DNA of 64,000 nucleotides from Eledone cirrhosa (Eukaryota): NCBI GenBank assembly GCA_964016885.1, contig OZ024757.1, positions 20,026,001 to 20,090,000 of the forward strand, read 5' to 3'. Shown piece by piece: positions 27,306 to 41,815 of this stretch (position 1 is its first letter; each line of letters starts with the position of its first letter). The notes under the pieces were generated by a model. It saw only the letters and a program-made list of their open reading frames with translations, ran no database searches and was not told where the DNA came from. The position numbers and the translations under genes were made by a program.

Positions 27306-27591
27306 TTTGTGTGAGGGAGACGTGCTGGAAGAGCAGCCATTCCAGCTTACAAGGCTCACAACCTGTGGGTAGCCAACTCCAATCCGATGGTGACTAAAAA
27401 AGGGGGTTGGTGTCAGGAAACACTTCCAATCATAAAACATTGTCTAGACACCCAAAAAACAACGACAACCAAAAAATCATGATGATGATTACTGACTAAG
27501 CGAAAAAAAAAAAAAAATTCACAAAAAAAGAAAAAAACAAAACAACATGAGTAACATGCAGTAGCCAAAACAGAAGTATTTTCAAACTGAC

Positions 27592-27667
27592 CTTTGACCT
27601 GGTATTGCCCAAAAGTGAGGAGGAAAAGAACAGCAGCTATAGGTAGGGCTAGTTGATAGGTGTTCAT
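27592..27667 (-). CDS. Peptidase S1 (trypsin/chymotrypsin-like) homolog, exon 1: signal peptide MNTYQLALPIAAVLFLLTFGQYQVK
   Basis: ATG at 27667, hydrophobic signal-like stretch, donor G|gtcagt; phase 1 joins exon 2 in frame to give ..QVKA-SYHNWLQR-IVG. Confidence 0.72.
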
Positions 27668-27726
27668 AGTAACAAGATATGAATATTGTGTGTAAACTAG
27701 ATCTTACAATATGGTACAATATTCAA

Positions 27727-27760
27727 TATATACACGTGTGTGTGTGTGTATACATATACA

Positions 27761-27792
<32 letters not shown>

Positions 27793-27818
27793 CACATACA
27801 TATGCACGCACGTGTGCG

Positions 27819-27871
<53 letters not shown>

Positions 27872-27996
27872 ATGCACACACATGCACACATATGCATACA
27901 TATATATATATATATATATGTGTATGCATGCACACACACACATGCACATATATATATATATATGTGTGTGTGCATACACATACACACTCACACACA

Positions 27997-28027
<31 letters not shown>

Positions 28028-28070
28028 GCATATTTACACACACACACATATATATATATATATACACACA

Positions 28071-28108
<38 letters not shown>

Positions 28109-30388
28109 TATTTACACACACACACATATATATATATATGCACACATGTGTGTGAGTGTGTGTGTATGCATACATATATATATATATATGTATGCATGTG
28201 TGAGCGTGCATGCATACACATATATATATATATGTATGCATGTGTGTGTGTGTGTGTGTGTATATCTGTGTATATGTGTGAGTGTGTGTGTATGTGTGTG
28301 TATCTGTGTGTGAATGTGTGTGCATGCATGTGTATCTGTGTATGTGTGTGTGAGAGTATGTATGTGTATATGAGTATCTATGTGTGTATGTGTATATCTG
28401 TGTATATGTGTGAGCGTGTGTGTGAATGTGTGTGCATGCGTGTGTATCTGTGTATATGTGTGTGTGAGAGTATGTATGTGTAAATGAGTATCTGTGTGTG
28501 TGTATATCTGTGTATATGTGTGTGTGAGTGTGTGTGTATGTGTGTGTATCTGTGTCAATGTGTGTGCATGCGTGTGTAAGAGTATGTACGTGTATATGAG
28601 TATCTGTGTATGCATGTGTATCTGTGTGTGTGAGTGTGTGTATGTGTGTGCATGCGTGTGTATCTGTGTATATGTGTGTGTGAGAGTATGTATGTGTATA
28701 TGAGTATCTGTGTGTGTGTATATCTGTGTATATGTGTGTGTGAGTGTGTGTATGTGTGTGTATGTGTGTGAATGTGTGTGCATGTGTGTGTATCTGTGTG
28801 AATGTGTGTGCATGCGTGTGTATCTGTGTATATGTGTGTGTGAGAGTATGTATGTGTATATGAGTATCTGTGTGTGTGTATATCTGTGTATATGTGTGTG
28901 TATGTGTGTGTATGTGTGTGTATGTGTGTGTATGTGTGTGAATGTGTGTGCATGTGTGTGTATGTGTGTGTATGTGCGTGAATGTGTGTGCATGCGTGTG
29001 TATCTGTGTGTATGTGTGTGTGAGAGTATGTACGTGTATATGAGTATCTGTGTATGCATGTGTATATGTGTGTGTGAGTGTGTGTGTGTGTGTATCTGTG
29101 TGTGAATGTGTGTGCATGCGTGTGTATCTGTGTATGTGTGTGTGAGTGAGAGTATGTATGTGTATATGAGTATCTGTGTGTGTGTATATCTGTGTATATG
29201 TGTGTGTGTGAGAGTATGTGTATATGAGTATCTGTGTGTATGTGTGTGTATATCTGTGTATATGTGTGTGAGTGTGTGTGTGTATGCGTGTGTATCTGTG
29301 TATATGTGTGTGTGAGAGTATGTATGTGTATATGAGTATCTGTGTATGCATGTGTATCTGTGTATCTGTGTGTGAATGTGTGTGCATGCGTGTGTATCTG
29401 TGTATATGTGTGTGTGAGAGTATGTATGTGTATATGAGTATCTGTGTATGTATCTGTGTATCTGTGAGTGTGTATCTGTATGTGTGTGTGTGTATGAGTG
29501 TATGAGTGTGTATGAGTGTATGTGTATGAGTGTATGTGTATGAGTGTGTATCTGTATGATTCTGTAGAATGAGTACTTGAGCAGGTGGTGAGTTTCCCAT
29601 GAGAAACCAGAGCAGAATAAAGTCTGTGGCAACAACGACGAAGTAACACTCTAGCTTCATACCTCAACCCCTTCACTCCATACCCTTCATACCACTGGCT
29701 CCTTACCATTCACCATTCCGGGAACAGAGTAAATAATCCTGGGTAAACACTTCTGTAGTATAGTGATTGATTATAGTAAGAAGCTTAACGAAACAATTGC
29801 TTTGCTGAAATGTCATAGCCATGTTGTAAGAACATGAATAAATAAATATATATTATGTTATGTTTGCTCTTATTATAAATATTTGAGTTCTTCCTTCTTT
29901 GTTGACTACGCAGAGACACATATATATATATATATATATACATATTAATATCTGTATACATATAAATATACACAAATATACACATAGATATATATATACA
30001 GATATATATATATACAGATATATATATATATATATACAGATATATAGATATATATATACAGATATATATATATATATATACAGATATATATATATATATA
30101 TACAGATATATATATATATATACAGATATATATATATATATATACAGATATATATATATACAGATATATATATATACAGATATATATATATACATATACA
30201 TAGATATATATATATATATATATACATAGATATATATATATACATAGATATATATACATATACATAGATATATATATATATACATAGATATATATACACA
30301 TATATATATAGACATATATACACAGATATACATACATATATATATATACACATATATATGTGTATATGTATATATGTATATATATGTT
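27727..30388. repeat. Long compound (GT/AT)n microsatellites, with a unique island at 29560-29915
   Basis: Direct inspection. Confidence 0.93.
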
Positions 30389-30702
30389 TGTCCCGGGTTC
30401 AATCAGGGTTAGTAAGGTACTCAATACATAGTATAAATATTTAATATAGAAATAGCTTCTACAGGACTAGAACTGTTTCATTCGAAGGAAATCATCAGTA
30501 AGCTTTTCCTGGTGATTTTCTTCGCATGAAACAGTTCTAGTCCTGTAGAAGCCTATTTCTATATTAGATTTTATTGTTTACAATAGTGACTTAAATAGGT
30601 ACTCAAGTTTCGTTGGGTTCTGGGCTCCAATTATATATATATATATATAGGAAAAAGTATGACCCCGACGGCTATTTCTGGACTCAGTCCAGAAATAGCC
30701 GG

Positions 30703-31968
30703 TCATCCTCATGCACATCACATGTCCATACCACCTCAGTCTCCTCTCCCGTACACTACATTCTATCCCTCTCAGACACAGTTTCTCTCTCAACACATTT
30801 ATGCTGGGTCGTTCACGCACATTTACACTGCACATCCAACGGAGCATGCTTGCTTCATTTCTCTCCAGCCGTTGCATATCCTCTGCAGTTGCTGCCCATG
30901 TCTCACTACCATGCAGCATCGCGCTCATCACACAGGCATCATACAACTGGCCTTTCGTACGCAGGGAGAAACCCTTCTTCATCAGCAGAGGAAGCAGCTC
31001 CCTAAACTTCTTCCAACCCGTCCTTATTCTAGATACTATGGCCTCGGAACACCCTCCTCTCATGCTAATCTGATCTCCTAGGTATCGGAAGCTATCTACC
31101 ACTTCTATAGCGCCTTCCTGCATTTGAAAAGTGTGTCTATCAATGCGACTTCTACTGTCTAATTTCCCTGTACATCTACTGCATACATATTTCTCCCTAC
31201 CTGTTAGTTTGCCTGCTATCCCGCTACATCTCTTGTGTACCCAGGATCTGCATTGTGTGCATTTTATAGAATTTATGCCAGTTCCTTTTCTGCATATCGA
31301 ACATGGCCATTTCCCTGACGGAATCAGAGTTTTGTCCTCTTTTCTACTCATCAACACTTTTGTCTTAGCTAGGTTCACTCTCAGTCCTCTTGCTTCCAAC
31401 TGCTGTTTCCATAGCCAGAATTTATTCTCTAGATCCTCTACTGATTCTGCTATAAGAACCAGATCGTCAGCAAAGAGAAGTTCCCATGGACAGCCAGTCT
31501 TAAACTCCTCTGTTATGGCTTGGAGGACTATAATGAACAAGAGTGGGCTGAGGACCGAACCTTGATGTACTCCTACTTGTATCTGGAATTCCTCACTAAA
31601 CTCCATTCCGACCCTGACTTTACTGAGAGTACTTCTGTACAAAGTTTGCACTGTCCTCACAAGCCATTCCTCAACACCTAGCTTCCTTAGGGCCCACCAG
31701 ATGACAGATCGGGGTACCCTATCAAAGGCCTTCTCTAGGTCAACAAAGGCTAAGTATAGTGGCTTATTTTTCTCTAAGAACCTCTCTTGCAATTGTCTCA
31801 CCAAGAAAAGGGCATCTGTTGTACTCTTCCCAGGCACAAAACCAAACTGCATCTCATCTAGTTTGACCCTTTCTCTAATTAGTTGTGCTAATATCCTTTC
31901 TGCCACTTTCATAACCTGATCCATCAGTTTTATACCCCTATAATTGCTCTTCCCCAGAGCATCCCCTC
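30703..31968 (-). mobile_element. RTE-clade LINE reverse transcriptase fragment, truncated at both ends
   Basis: QFGF, AFVDLEKAFDRV, GVHQGSVLSPLLF, FADD, FRYLG motifs; Cys/His finger insert (CSIC..CTQC..HKRC..CSRC); about 420 open codons. Confidence 0.92.
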
Positions 31969-32384
31969 TATATATATATATATATATAATGTCATTTTTC
32001 TCATGAGAGGCTGAAAGAATTGGAGCCCAGACCCAACAATACTTGAGTACCTGTTTATTTCACTGTTGTAATTATTTATACTAAACTCGTCCTCTGGACT
32101 ACGTGCTCTTAATCTTGGATATTTTCACTTAACTTTTACTTCAGTTTATATATCTATATGATAACTGTCACTTCTTTACAGAAGAGGGCCATCTCTTCAA
32201 TGTTGTACTGAACAGCCATGAGCCCACAAATGACTCTGCAAACCCGCCTTAACCCTTTAATGTTCAAACTGGCCAAAACCGGCCAGAATTCCCTCACCTC
32301 TTTCTGTTGAAACTGGCTGTAACTGGTCGCTCAAATGTTAAGGTATTGTTCTCAAAATAAATACTTTCAAAATCTCATAGATTC

Positions 32385-32960
32385 GATATTATGTGAGATA
32401 TTATGTGAGGTAAAGCCTTTACCATGAAAATATAATAGTATATATAGAGTAATGTGAATGTTATGTGAGATATTATGTGAGGTAAAGCCTTTACCATGAA
32501 AATATAATAGTATATATAGAGTAATGTAAATGTTATGTGAGATATTGTGAGGTAAAGCCTTTACCATGAAAATATAATAGTATATATAGAGTAATGTAAA
32601 TGTTATGTGAGATATTATGTGAGATAAAGCCTTTACCATGAAAATATAATAGTATATATAGAGTAATGTGAATGTTATGTGAGATATTATGTGAGATAAA
32701 GCCTTTACCATGAAAATATAATAGTATATATAGAGTAATGTGAATGTTATGTGAGATATTATGTGAGGTAAAGCCTTTACCATGAAAATATAATAGTATA
32801 TATAGAGTAATGTGAATGTTATGTGAGATATTATGTGAGGTAAAGCCTTTACCATGAAAATATAATAGTATATATAGAGTAATGTGAATGTTATGTGAGA
32901 TATTATGTGAGGTAAAGCCTTTACCATGAAAATATAATAGTATATATATAGAGTAATGTA
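32385..32960. repeat. 72-bp tandem expansion (about 8 copies) inside the piggyBac-type MITE
   Basis: 24-codon periodicity; sequence equals the MITE end seen at 22374-22450. Confidence 0.9.
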
Positions 32961-32995
32961 AATGCTAAAGGGTTGTGCATACTCTTACAGATGTG

Positions 32996-33028
<33 letters not shown>

Positions 33029-33604
33029 TATACGCACATGCATACACACACACATACATACATACGCACATATATAGGTGTATAGCATATCTGATGATCT
33101 TTCGATTACAGAGTCAGGTTCAATCAATAATAGGTCGTTCCCCGAGCTGATCGACAGTGAAACATATGTAATATATTATTAAATGTTATGATGTAACACT
33201 GAATCCTTCTTTCTTTATTCTTATAGTACATACACACACACATATATATATCATCGTCATCATCATCATTTTACGTCCGCTTTTCCCTGCTTGCAAGGGT
33301 GGGATGGGAACTGATTCTGGCTTGATTTCTACAGCTGGATGCCCTTCCTAACACCAACCTCATTTACAGTGAGTGCTGGGTGCTTTTTTGCCGTGGCACC
33401 TCCATGACCACTTTGCAGTGGAATGATATGGACCCCAGTCCTATCATCTCATTTCTACAGCTGAGTAAACTGGAGCAATGTAAAATAAAGTGTCTTGCTC
33501 AAGGAAACAACACATCACCCGGTCTGAGAATTGAACTCTCAACCTTTCGATTGCAAGGCCAATGCTCTAACCACTAAGCCATGTGCCTCCATAAGAAATT
33601 TTGA

Positions 33605-33925
<321 letters not shown>

Positions 33926-34982
33926 CTATCTCATCCTCTCACTCTCTTTCTCTAGCAAACTTCATCTTTCTTTCTTTCTTTCTCTCTACATATCTATGTA
34001 CCTATCACATTTTCTCTCTTTACCAAACTATTTCTTTTTATTTCTCTCTACATATTTCACTCTCTCTCTCAAACTCCATCTCTCTACATATCTATGTACC
34101 CCTCTCGTTTTCTTTCCATCAAACTCTATCTCTCTACATATCTCATATCTATATACCTATATCATTTTCTCTCTCTCTCTCTCAATCAATCTATCTCTCT
34201 CTCTCTATCGATCAATTACCACCTATGTCTCTACATGTTCCTGAGTTCTTTAATCAATAACAGATTGTCGTTATAACCTGCAGCCAAACAAAAAAATTCT
34301 TCCAAAATATCAATAGAAGAAGAATCAAAAACTTAAACCAACAACAACAGACAAAGAATTTGGCACACTTTACAAATTCTTTTATTTCAAATTCATATCA
34401 TTCTCATTGTCATGTCCTCACATCTGCTGTGTTGTGGTTAAGGAGTTTGATTAAGTAACAACATGGTTTTCAAATTCAGTCACACTGCGTAGCCACTTTG
34501 GGCAAGCAATTAAGTGTCTTTCCTGGTCACTGTTTATTTTTCCCTGCAGTGGACATATGGTTAGCATGTCTCAGGAAAGAATCACTGGACATGTTTGTAG
34601 CTCGGAGATCAAAGAGTCACTCCAGGTAGAGCTGTTACTTCTCCGAATTGAGAGATCACAGCTCTGATACTATGGACATGTGGTTAGAATGTCTCAGCAA
34701 AGAATGTGTAGCTCGGAGATCAGAGAGTCAAACTAGGTAGAGCTGCTACTTCTCAGAATTGAGAGATCACAGCTCTGATACTATGGACATGTGGTTAGAA
34801 TGTCTCTGGAAAGAATGTGTCGCTCGGAGATCAGAGAGTCACTCCAGGTAGAGCTGCTACTTCTCCAAACTGAGAGATCACAGCTCCGATATTTTGGACA
34901 TATGGTTAGAATGTCTCAGGAAAGAATCACTGGACATGTTTGTAGCTTGGAGATCAGAGAGTCACTCCAGGTAGAGCTACTA

Positions 34983-36200
34983 CCGTATATACTCATGTAT
35001 AGGTCGCACTTTTTTAACGATAAATAAGTATAAATTTTTGGGGTGCGATCTATCGGATCGACATCAGACTGACCAATGATTTTTCAGACTTAATCAACGA
35101 TGGGTATTTATAAAAATAACTTTAATATTTTTTATTATTTAACATAATAATTTCATATATCTACCTTCTTATACATATATTTCTTGATTTTAAATTTTTT
35201 ACTAAAACTTTGTAGCGTTTACGTTTCTTTCTATCTGACCGAACCATCCGTCATTAAAATCCATAGAAATGCATACCCGGTATTTAAAATGTGATTTCAT
35301 TGTCTTAGCGTTGCTATGAACACGTATTGTGACGTATTTACTTTAACAGGAAACAGATTATTGCATGTGGCATTTCTTTTCAAAATTAGCAAGTGAGAAA
35401 AGTTGATAGTTGAAATCTAGCAGTTTTCCGAACAGGCCAATTAATTAAAAATGCAGATATAATCAGTACAAGGTTTTAGTCTTTCTCTACATTCCAGGCA
35501 AATATTTTCATTGAAAAAAATGCAAATATTATTTTGACTGGTGAAAAGGTTTTATTCAATGTACTCTTACACAATGTACGGTGTAAATTTACATAACAGA
35601 ATGTTCCCAATATATAAGTTCATTAACAGGTGTGAACATGTATTGGTGTTGTATCTTTCAATGGTGTCCGTCAGATCTTCGCTTTCACTTTCAAAGTAAC
35701 TATCATCGTCAGAAATAAATACGTCTGATTCATTTGAAGATAAATCACTAATATTATCTTGTGTTTCTTTTTCATTTCGAATGTCGTCGCATGTAAAACC
35801 TTCAAAGTCGGTATTCTCTACTTTGGGAAGCCATGTTGATACGCTAAAAATCTGTTATACTTTCAACGTTAAAAAACACGTGTTATTTCAAGTTGTTTCA
35901 CTATATTAAGAGTTAATTTTCGCGCTTAAAGGCTTCATCTCGCAGTAATCTTGAACTGACGAGATTTCGATGACGTTGATGTTTATTTTATAAATAAAAC
36001 ATGGTTTGGAGTATATATCGCAACGGCAAAGTAATGGAAAGCTAACAGATTATTAGTTTCAATTATCATAAAAAATAGTAGTTTGACGCCCAAATTTCAG
36101 TGCGACCTATCTGCGAGTCAATGGCAAATAGCCTATTTGTTAAATGAAAAGTGGGTATGCGACCTATCTGCCGGGGCGACCTATACGCGAGTATATATGG
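34983..36200. mobile_element. Non-autonomous Tc1/pogo-type DNA transposon inserted in an RTE tandem fragment (34550-36470)
   Basis: TA|CCGTATATACTCATGTATAGGTCGC ... GCGACCTATACGCGAGTATATATGG|TA; the host gagct(a/g)c-TA-cttctccgaattg is restored on excision. Confidence 0.88.
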
Positions 36201-38832
36201 TACTTCTCCGAATTGAGAGATCACAGCTCTGATACTATGGACATGTGGCTAGAATGTCTCAGGAAAGAATCACTGGACAGATTTTACGAGCAAAACCAAC
36301 CAGCAAGAGACCCAGGGGTAGATGCTGAGCAAGATGGTTGGATAACATCCACGAGCTTGGCTGGTCTCGCTTGGGGGATTCAGCCGGATCAGTTGGAGAC
36401 GGTTGCTTCTGGCAAGACCTGCTGGAGGGAGTGCTTGAGGACTCTGCTCCCCCCCCCTCCCTCTCAGGGTCACAACAAAAAGCACCCAGTACTCACTGTA
36501 TTTGAGGTTGGCATTAGGAAGGGCACCCAGCTGTAGAAACCAAGCCATAATCAGTTCTGTATGAGCAAGACATGGTCACCTGACCTGGCATTGCTCACAA
36601 CAGAACAAACCATTTAACCCGTGCAAGTGTGGAAAAAATGGACGCTAAATGATGATAATGATTCATCATCATCATCATCATCATTTCATTTTTACGTCTG
36701 CTTTTTCCCTGCCTGCAAGGGTGGGACGGGAACTGATTCTGGCTTGATTTCTACAGCTGGATGCCCTTCCTAACACCAACCTCATTTACAGTGAGTGCTG
36801 CGTGCTTTTTTTTTTCTGTGGCACCTCCACGACCACTTTGCAGTGGAATGATAGGGACCTCAGTCCCTATCATCTCATTTCTACAGCTGAGTAAACTGGA
36901 GCAATGTGAAATAAAGTGTCTTGCTCAAGGAAACAACACATCACCCGGTCTGAGAATTGAACTCACAACCTTTCGATTGCAAGGCCAATGCTCTAACCAC
37001 TAAGCCATGTGCCTCCATGGTTTGCTTATTTGTTGTAGAACAAAATATATGTATATATATATGTCTGTGGATGTATATGTATATACGTATATACATGTCT
37101 ATGTAAATATGTATGTGTGTGTATATATATATATATATTTTTACAAAACTATCATGTAAAACATCACATTCCAGAAAAGTGGGAATAACATTTATTGCAT
37201 GACACTGACATGTTTCATTGTATGTGTTACATATCAGTCTAGGATTGCTAATATTTGACTATTGTAATCAAATTAAATCGAATCCAACTACTTAAAAAAT
37301 CACATGTAGACAACAAATTTTCAAAGTGGAATAAGAACTTTTTAACATATTGAGATATATTGAAGGAAAGCATTTACAGTGAGTGCTGGGTGCCTTTTTT
37401 GCCGTGGCACCTCCACGACCACTTTGTAGTGGAATGATAGGGACCCCAGTCCCTATCATCTCATTTCTACAGCTGAGTAAACTGGAGCAATGTGAAATAA
37501 AGTGTCTTGCTCAAGGAAACAACACATCACCCGGTCTGAGAATTGAACTCACAACCTTTCGATTGCAAGGCCAATGCTCTAACCACTAAGCCATGTGCCT
37601 CCATATATATATATATGTATATATATCCAGGGAGTGTAATGCAGAGTTACTGCAGGTTCACCCGGGTGAGCACTCAATGTTTAGGTTCACGTCAGTATTG
37701 AGGTGTAGAGCTAGACAGAGTGTAATGTAATAATGATTTCATTTATTGGCCACAAGGGCCGAATGGTTACTCTTTCATTACGTTTATTGGTTGGTGACGC
37801 GCGTTTCGCTATTGATCAGCTCAAGGTTCGATCTGTATCGATCTAGCCTGACTGTGGAATCAAAAGGTCGTCGGACCTCTGTGGTAGTAATGACAGAATG
37901 AATTAATCTATATATATAGATATATATTATTATGTAATAAACAACATAAGGCAATTATTCCATTTACCAGTGGTTTCTTAAAAGCAAAAGATTTTGCTTT
38001 CAATGTTTATTACATAATAATAATTAAGCTCTGTTACCTACATAGAGCACTCTTTTTTCCTGGACTTTTCCGACGGAATTACTTCATATATATATATATG
38101 TGAAATAAAGTGTCTTGATGTGTTGTTTCCTTGAGAAAGACACTTTATTTCACATTGCTCCAGTTTACTCAGCTGTAGAAATGAGATGATAGGGACTGGG
38201 GTCCCTATCATTCCACTGTAAAGTGGTCGTGGAGGTGCCACGGCAAAAAAGCACCCAGCACTCACTGTAAATGAGATTGGTGTTAGGAAGGGCATCCAGC
38301 TGTAGAAATCAAACCAGAATCAGTTCCCGTCCCACCCTTGCAAGCAGGGGAAAGCAGACATAAAATGATGATGATATATATCATCATCATCTTCCATGCT
38401 ATATGGGTTAGATACATTGTCCTGTTGTGGGCAGTGTCCGGTCAGCTGACCTTGTCTTGTTCATACAAGAACTGATTCTGGCTTATATATAAATATAAAT
38501 GTAAATGTGGTTGGTGTTAGGAAGGGCATCCAGCTGTAAAAGAGCAAGACACGGTCTCCAGACCATTCCCGCATCAAATGGAACAAAATCGTCTAACCCA
38601 TGCTAGCGTGGAAGATGGACGTTAAATGATGATGATGATATATATATATAAATATAATGGCAGAGATCAATGGAAGAGAGACAGTGATGGTAATACACTA
38701 CTACATATATTGTAAAAGAACTTTGGAGAAAATATAAAAATAAATCTTCCACAAGAGTTTGATAGATACATTATAGCTTTTTATTCCATTAAACTGATCC
38801 AGTTTACATAACATTGAAATCAGTTTATACAT

Positions 38833-39231
38833 TCAGGAGTCCCCTTCTGTTGACACGAGAGATTGAGCTTGCACGTAAAACGGTCCTTGTTTCTGATATA
38901 TACGCAGCTTAATATATTTTGTTGAGCCAAAGATCTTCTCTGAACAATTGATCTGCAGCAGAGTTTCAATAATTTTATACTTCAACCGCTTCTCGTCAGC
39001 TGAAGAGGCGGTTGATCGGTCGACCAGATACTCCAAAAAGGTTGGGTGATCTACCATCAGTTCTAAAGCCCACAGCTGATTGGACAGCGCTGATAATATG
39101 GTGTTGGCTGCCAATCGGATGTTTGGGAAAGGCTGTTGGCAGAGTAACATAATCCATCTGAAAGGCTCAGGAGAGACTAAGTTGAACCAATGCTGAGTCA
39201 GCGCTAACATCTCATCATTTTGGTCTTCAGG
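38833..39231 (-). CDS. PSMD5: PSMD5 exon 8, terminal (PEDQNDEMLALTQHWF...QPFP...FLEYLVDRS...GPFYVQAQSLVSTEGDS*)
   Basis: ttcag acceptor, TGA stop; QPFP, EYxxDRS and GPFYV motifs. The eight exons sum to 1524 nt = 507 aa + stop. AATAAA on the minus strand at 38780-38785. Confidence 0.93.
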   Translation of the reverse strand, partial: PEDQNDEMLALTQHWFNLVSPEPFRWIMLLCQQPFPNIRLAANTILSALSNQLWALELMVDHPTFLEYLVDRSTASSADEKRLKYKIIETLLQINCSEKIFGSTKYIKLRIYQKQGPFYVQAQSLVSTEGDS

Positions 39232-39419
39232 CTGAAATTAACAAACAGATATTATAACCATCACCGTTTAATATCCATTTTTCCACGCTAGCATGGGTTG
39301 GATGTGTTGTCCTGTTGTGAGACAAACCATATCAGATGACTGTCTTGCTCATACAGAACCTTTTCTGACTTGGTTTTTACAGCAGGATGCCCTTCTTAAT
39401 GCCAACCACATCTACTGTG

Positions 39420-40290
39420 TGTACCGGGTGCTTTTTATTAACCAACACGACCAGTTTACAGCATGGGCTGGGTGCTTTTTGTCATGACACTTACACGACC
39501 ACCTGACAATGTGGGCTGGGTGCTTTTTGTCGAGATACCAACACGACCACTTTACAGCATGGGCTCGGTGCTTTTTGTCGTGACACCTATATGACCACTT
39601 TACAGTGTCTACTGGGTGCTTTTTGCCGCTTGACAATGTGGGCTGGGTGCTTTTTGTCGAGATACCAACACGACCACTTTACAGCATGGGCTTGGTGCTT
39701 TTTGTCGTGACACCTATATGACCACTTTACAGTGTCTACTGGGTGCTTTTTGCCACTTGACAGTGTGGACAGGGTGCTTTTTGCGGCTTGACAGTGTGGA
39801 CTGGGTGCTTTTTGCCACTTGACAGTGTGGACTGGGTGCTTTTTGTCGAGATACCAACACAACCACTTTACAGCATGGGCTCGGTGCTTTTTGTCGTGTC
39901 ACCTATATGACCACTTTACAGTGTCTACTGGGTGCTTTTTGCCACTTGACAGTGTGGACAGGGTGCTTTTTGCGGCTTGACAGTGTGGACTGGGTACTTT
40001 TTGTCGAGATACCAACACAACCACTTTACAGCATGGGCTCGGTGCTTTTTGTCGTGACACCTATATGACCACTTTACAGTGTCTACTGGGTGCTTTTTGC
40101 CACTTGACAGTGTGGACTGGGTGCTTTTTGCCACTTGACAGTGTGGACTGGGTACTTTTTGTCGAGATACCAACACAACCACTTTACAGCATGGGCTCGG
40201 TGCTTTTTGTCATGACACCTATATGACCACTTTACAGTGTCTACTGGGTGCTTTTTGCCGCTTGACACCTACATGACCACTTTACAGTGT
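39420..40290. repeat. Higher-order tandem array of a SINE-tail motif (acagtgtggactgggtgcttttt) in PSMD5 intron 7
   Basis: Direct inspection; same motif arrays at 46230-46660 and 47670-48430. Confidence 0.88.
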
Positions 40291-40862
40291 AAAGGGTGGT
40301 GTGGACAGAAGTGGAAGGGTGGTGAATGGGTGTGTGAGCGTGTCCGTATGTGCATGTGTGCGAGTATGTCTATGTGCATGTGCATGTATGTGTTTGAATT
40401 GGAGACGCCTGACATGAAACACCATCATCACTGACATAAATAATAATTGTTTCTACTTTTGGCACAAGGCCAGCAATTACTCCAGTGTATTACTGGTACT
40501 TTTATTTTATCTACACCGTAAGGATGAAAGGCAAAGTTGACCTCGGCGGGATTTGAACTCAGACCGTAAAGGGCCACAACTCTATGCTACAAAGCAGTGT
40601 CCAACGCTCTACCAATTCTGCCAATCCACCGCCTTACATAAATATAATTGTTTCTACTTTTAGGCACAAGGCCAGCAATTACCCAGTGTATTACTGGTAC
40701 TTTTATTATATCTACACCGTAAGGATGAAAGGCAAAGTTAACCTCGGTGGGATTTGAACTCAGACTGTAAAGGGACGTAACTATGCTGAAAAGCATGGCG
40801 TCCGACCCTCTACCGATACTGCCAATCCACCTCCCTACATAAATATAATAAACCTTACTTAC

Positions 40863-40972
40863 CACCAGCTGGATTATCGTTGCCAAGGCAGAAAGAGCTC
40901 GAACTTTCACATCTTCTGGAAAATTCTTAACTGTATGACCAATATCTGCCATGGCTTCATCCATTTTAGACC
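40863..40972 (-). CDS. PSMD5: PSMD5 exon 7 (GSKMDEAMADIGHTVKNFPEDVKVRALSALATIIQLV)
   Basis: taag/gtaagt junctions; phases 1/0. Confidence 0.87.
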
Positions 40973-41815
40973 CTTAAAAAAAACCGGACCAAGTTAGATT
41001 AGATGAGTCGAGTCAGTAAAATATATTTTAATATTTATACAACAACACAAAACCCAAAATAAATATGAATAAAAGTAGAATATAATAAGTCTAAAGTCTG
41101 TTTTAACCCTTTAGCATTTAAACCGGCCATATCCAGCCAGAATTCTCTCCCCTCTTTCTGTTTAAACCGGCTGTAACTGACCCTCATATTGATGTTAAGG
41201 TATTGTTCTAAAAAAAAATGATATCAAAATCTCAGATTTGATATAGCATTTACATTACTCTATATTTACTATTGTATTTTCACAGTAAAGGCGGCTTTAT
41301 CTCACATAATATTGCTAACGTCACCACATGAAAGACTTGGCCAATAATTTTCAAGGAATGTTTAAAATAATCAAGAAATTGGAGAGATTTATTAACGTTT
41401 CACCCATTAGCATTTACATTACTCTATATTTACTATTATATTTTCACCGAAAAGCATTTATCTCACATAATATCAACACCCTTGCAAGCAGGGAAAAGCG
41501 GACGTAAAATGAAAAAATGATGATGAGATTTCAATATTATTTATTTTGAGAACAATACCTTAACATAAGCATGAGCAGCTGGATACAGCCAGTTTGAACA
41601 GAAAGAGGTGAGAGAATTCTAGTCGGATATGGCTGGTTTGAATAGAAAGAGGTGAGAGAATTCCGGCTGGATGTGGCTGGTTTGAATAGAAAGAGGTGAG
41701 AGAATTCCGGCTGGATATAGCTGGTTTAAATGCTAAAGGGTTAAATAAAAATGGCACAGCCATAGCTATAGCTGATACACAGTTTCAGTATTTAGAAAAC
41801 AAGTCAAAAGTTTAC

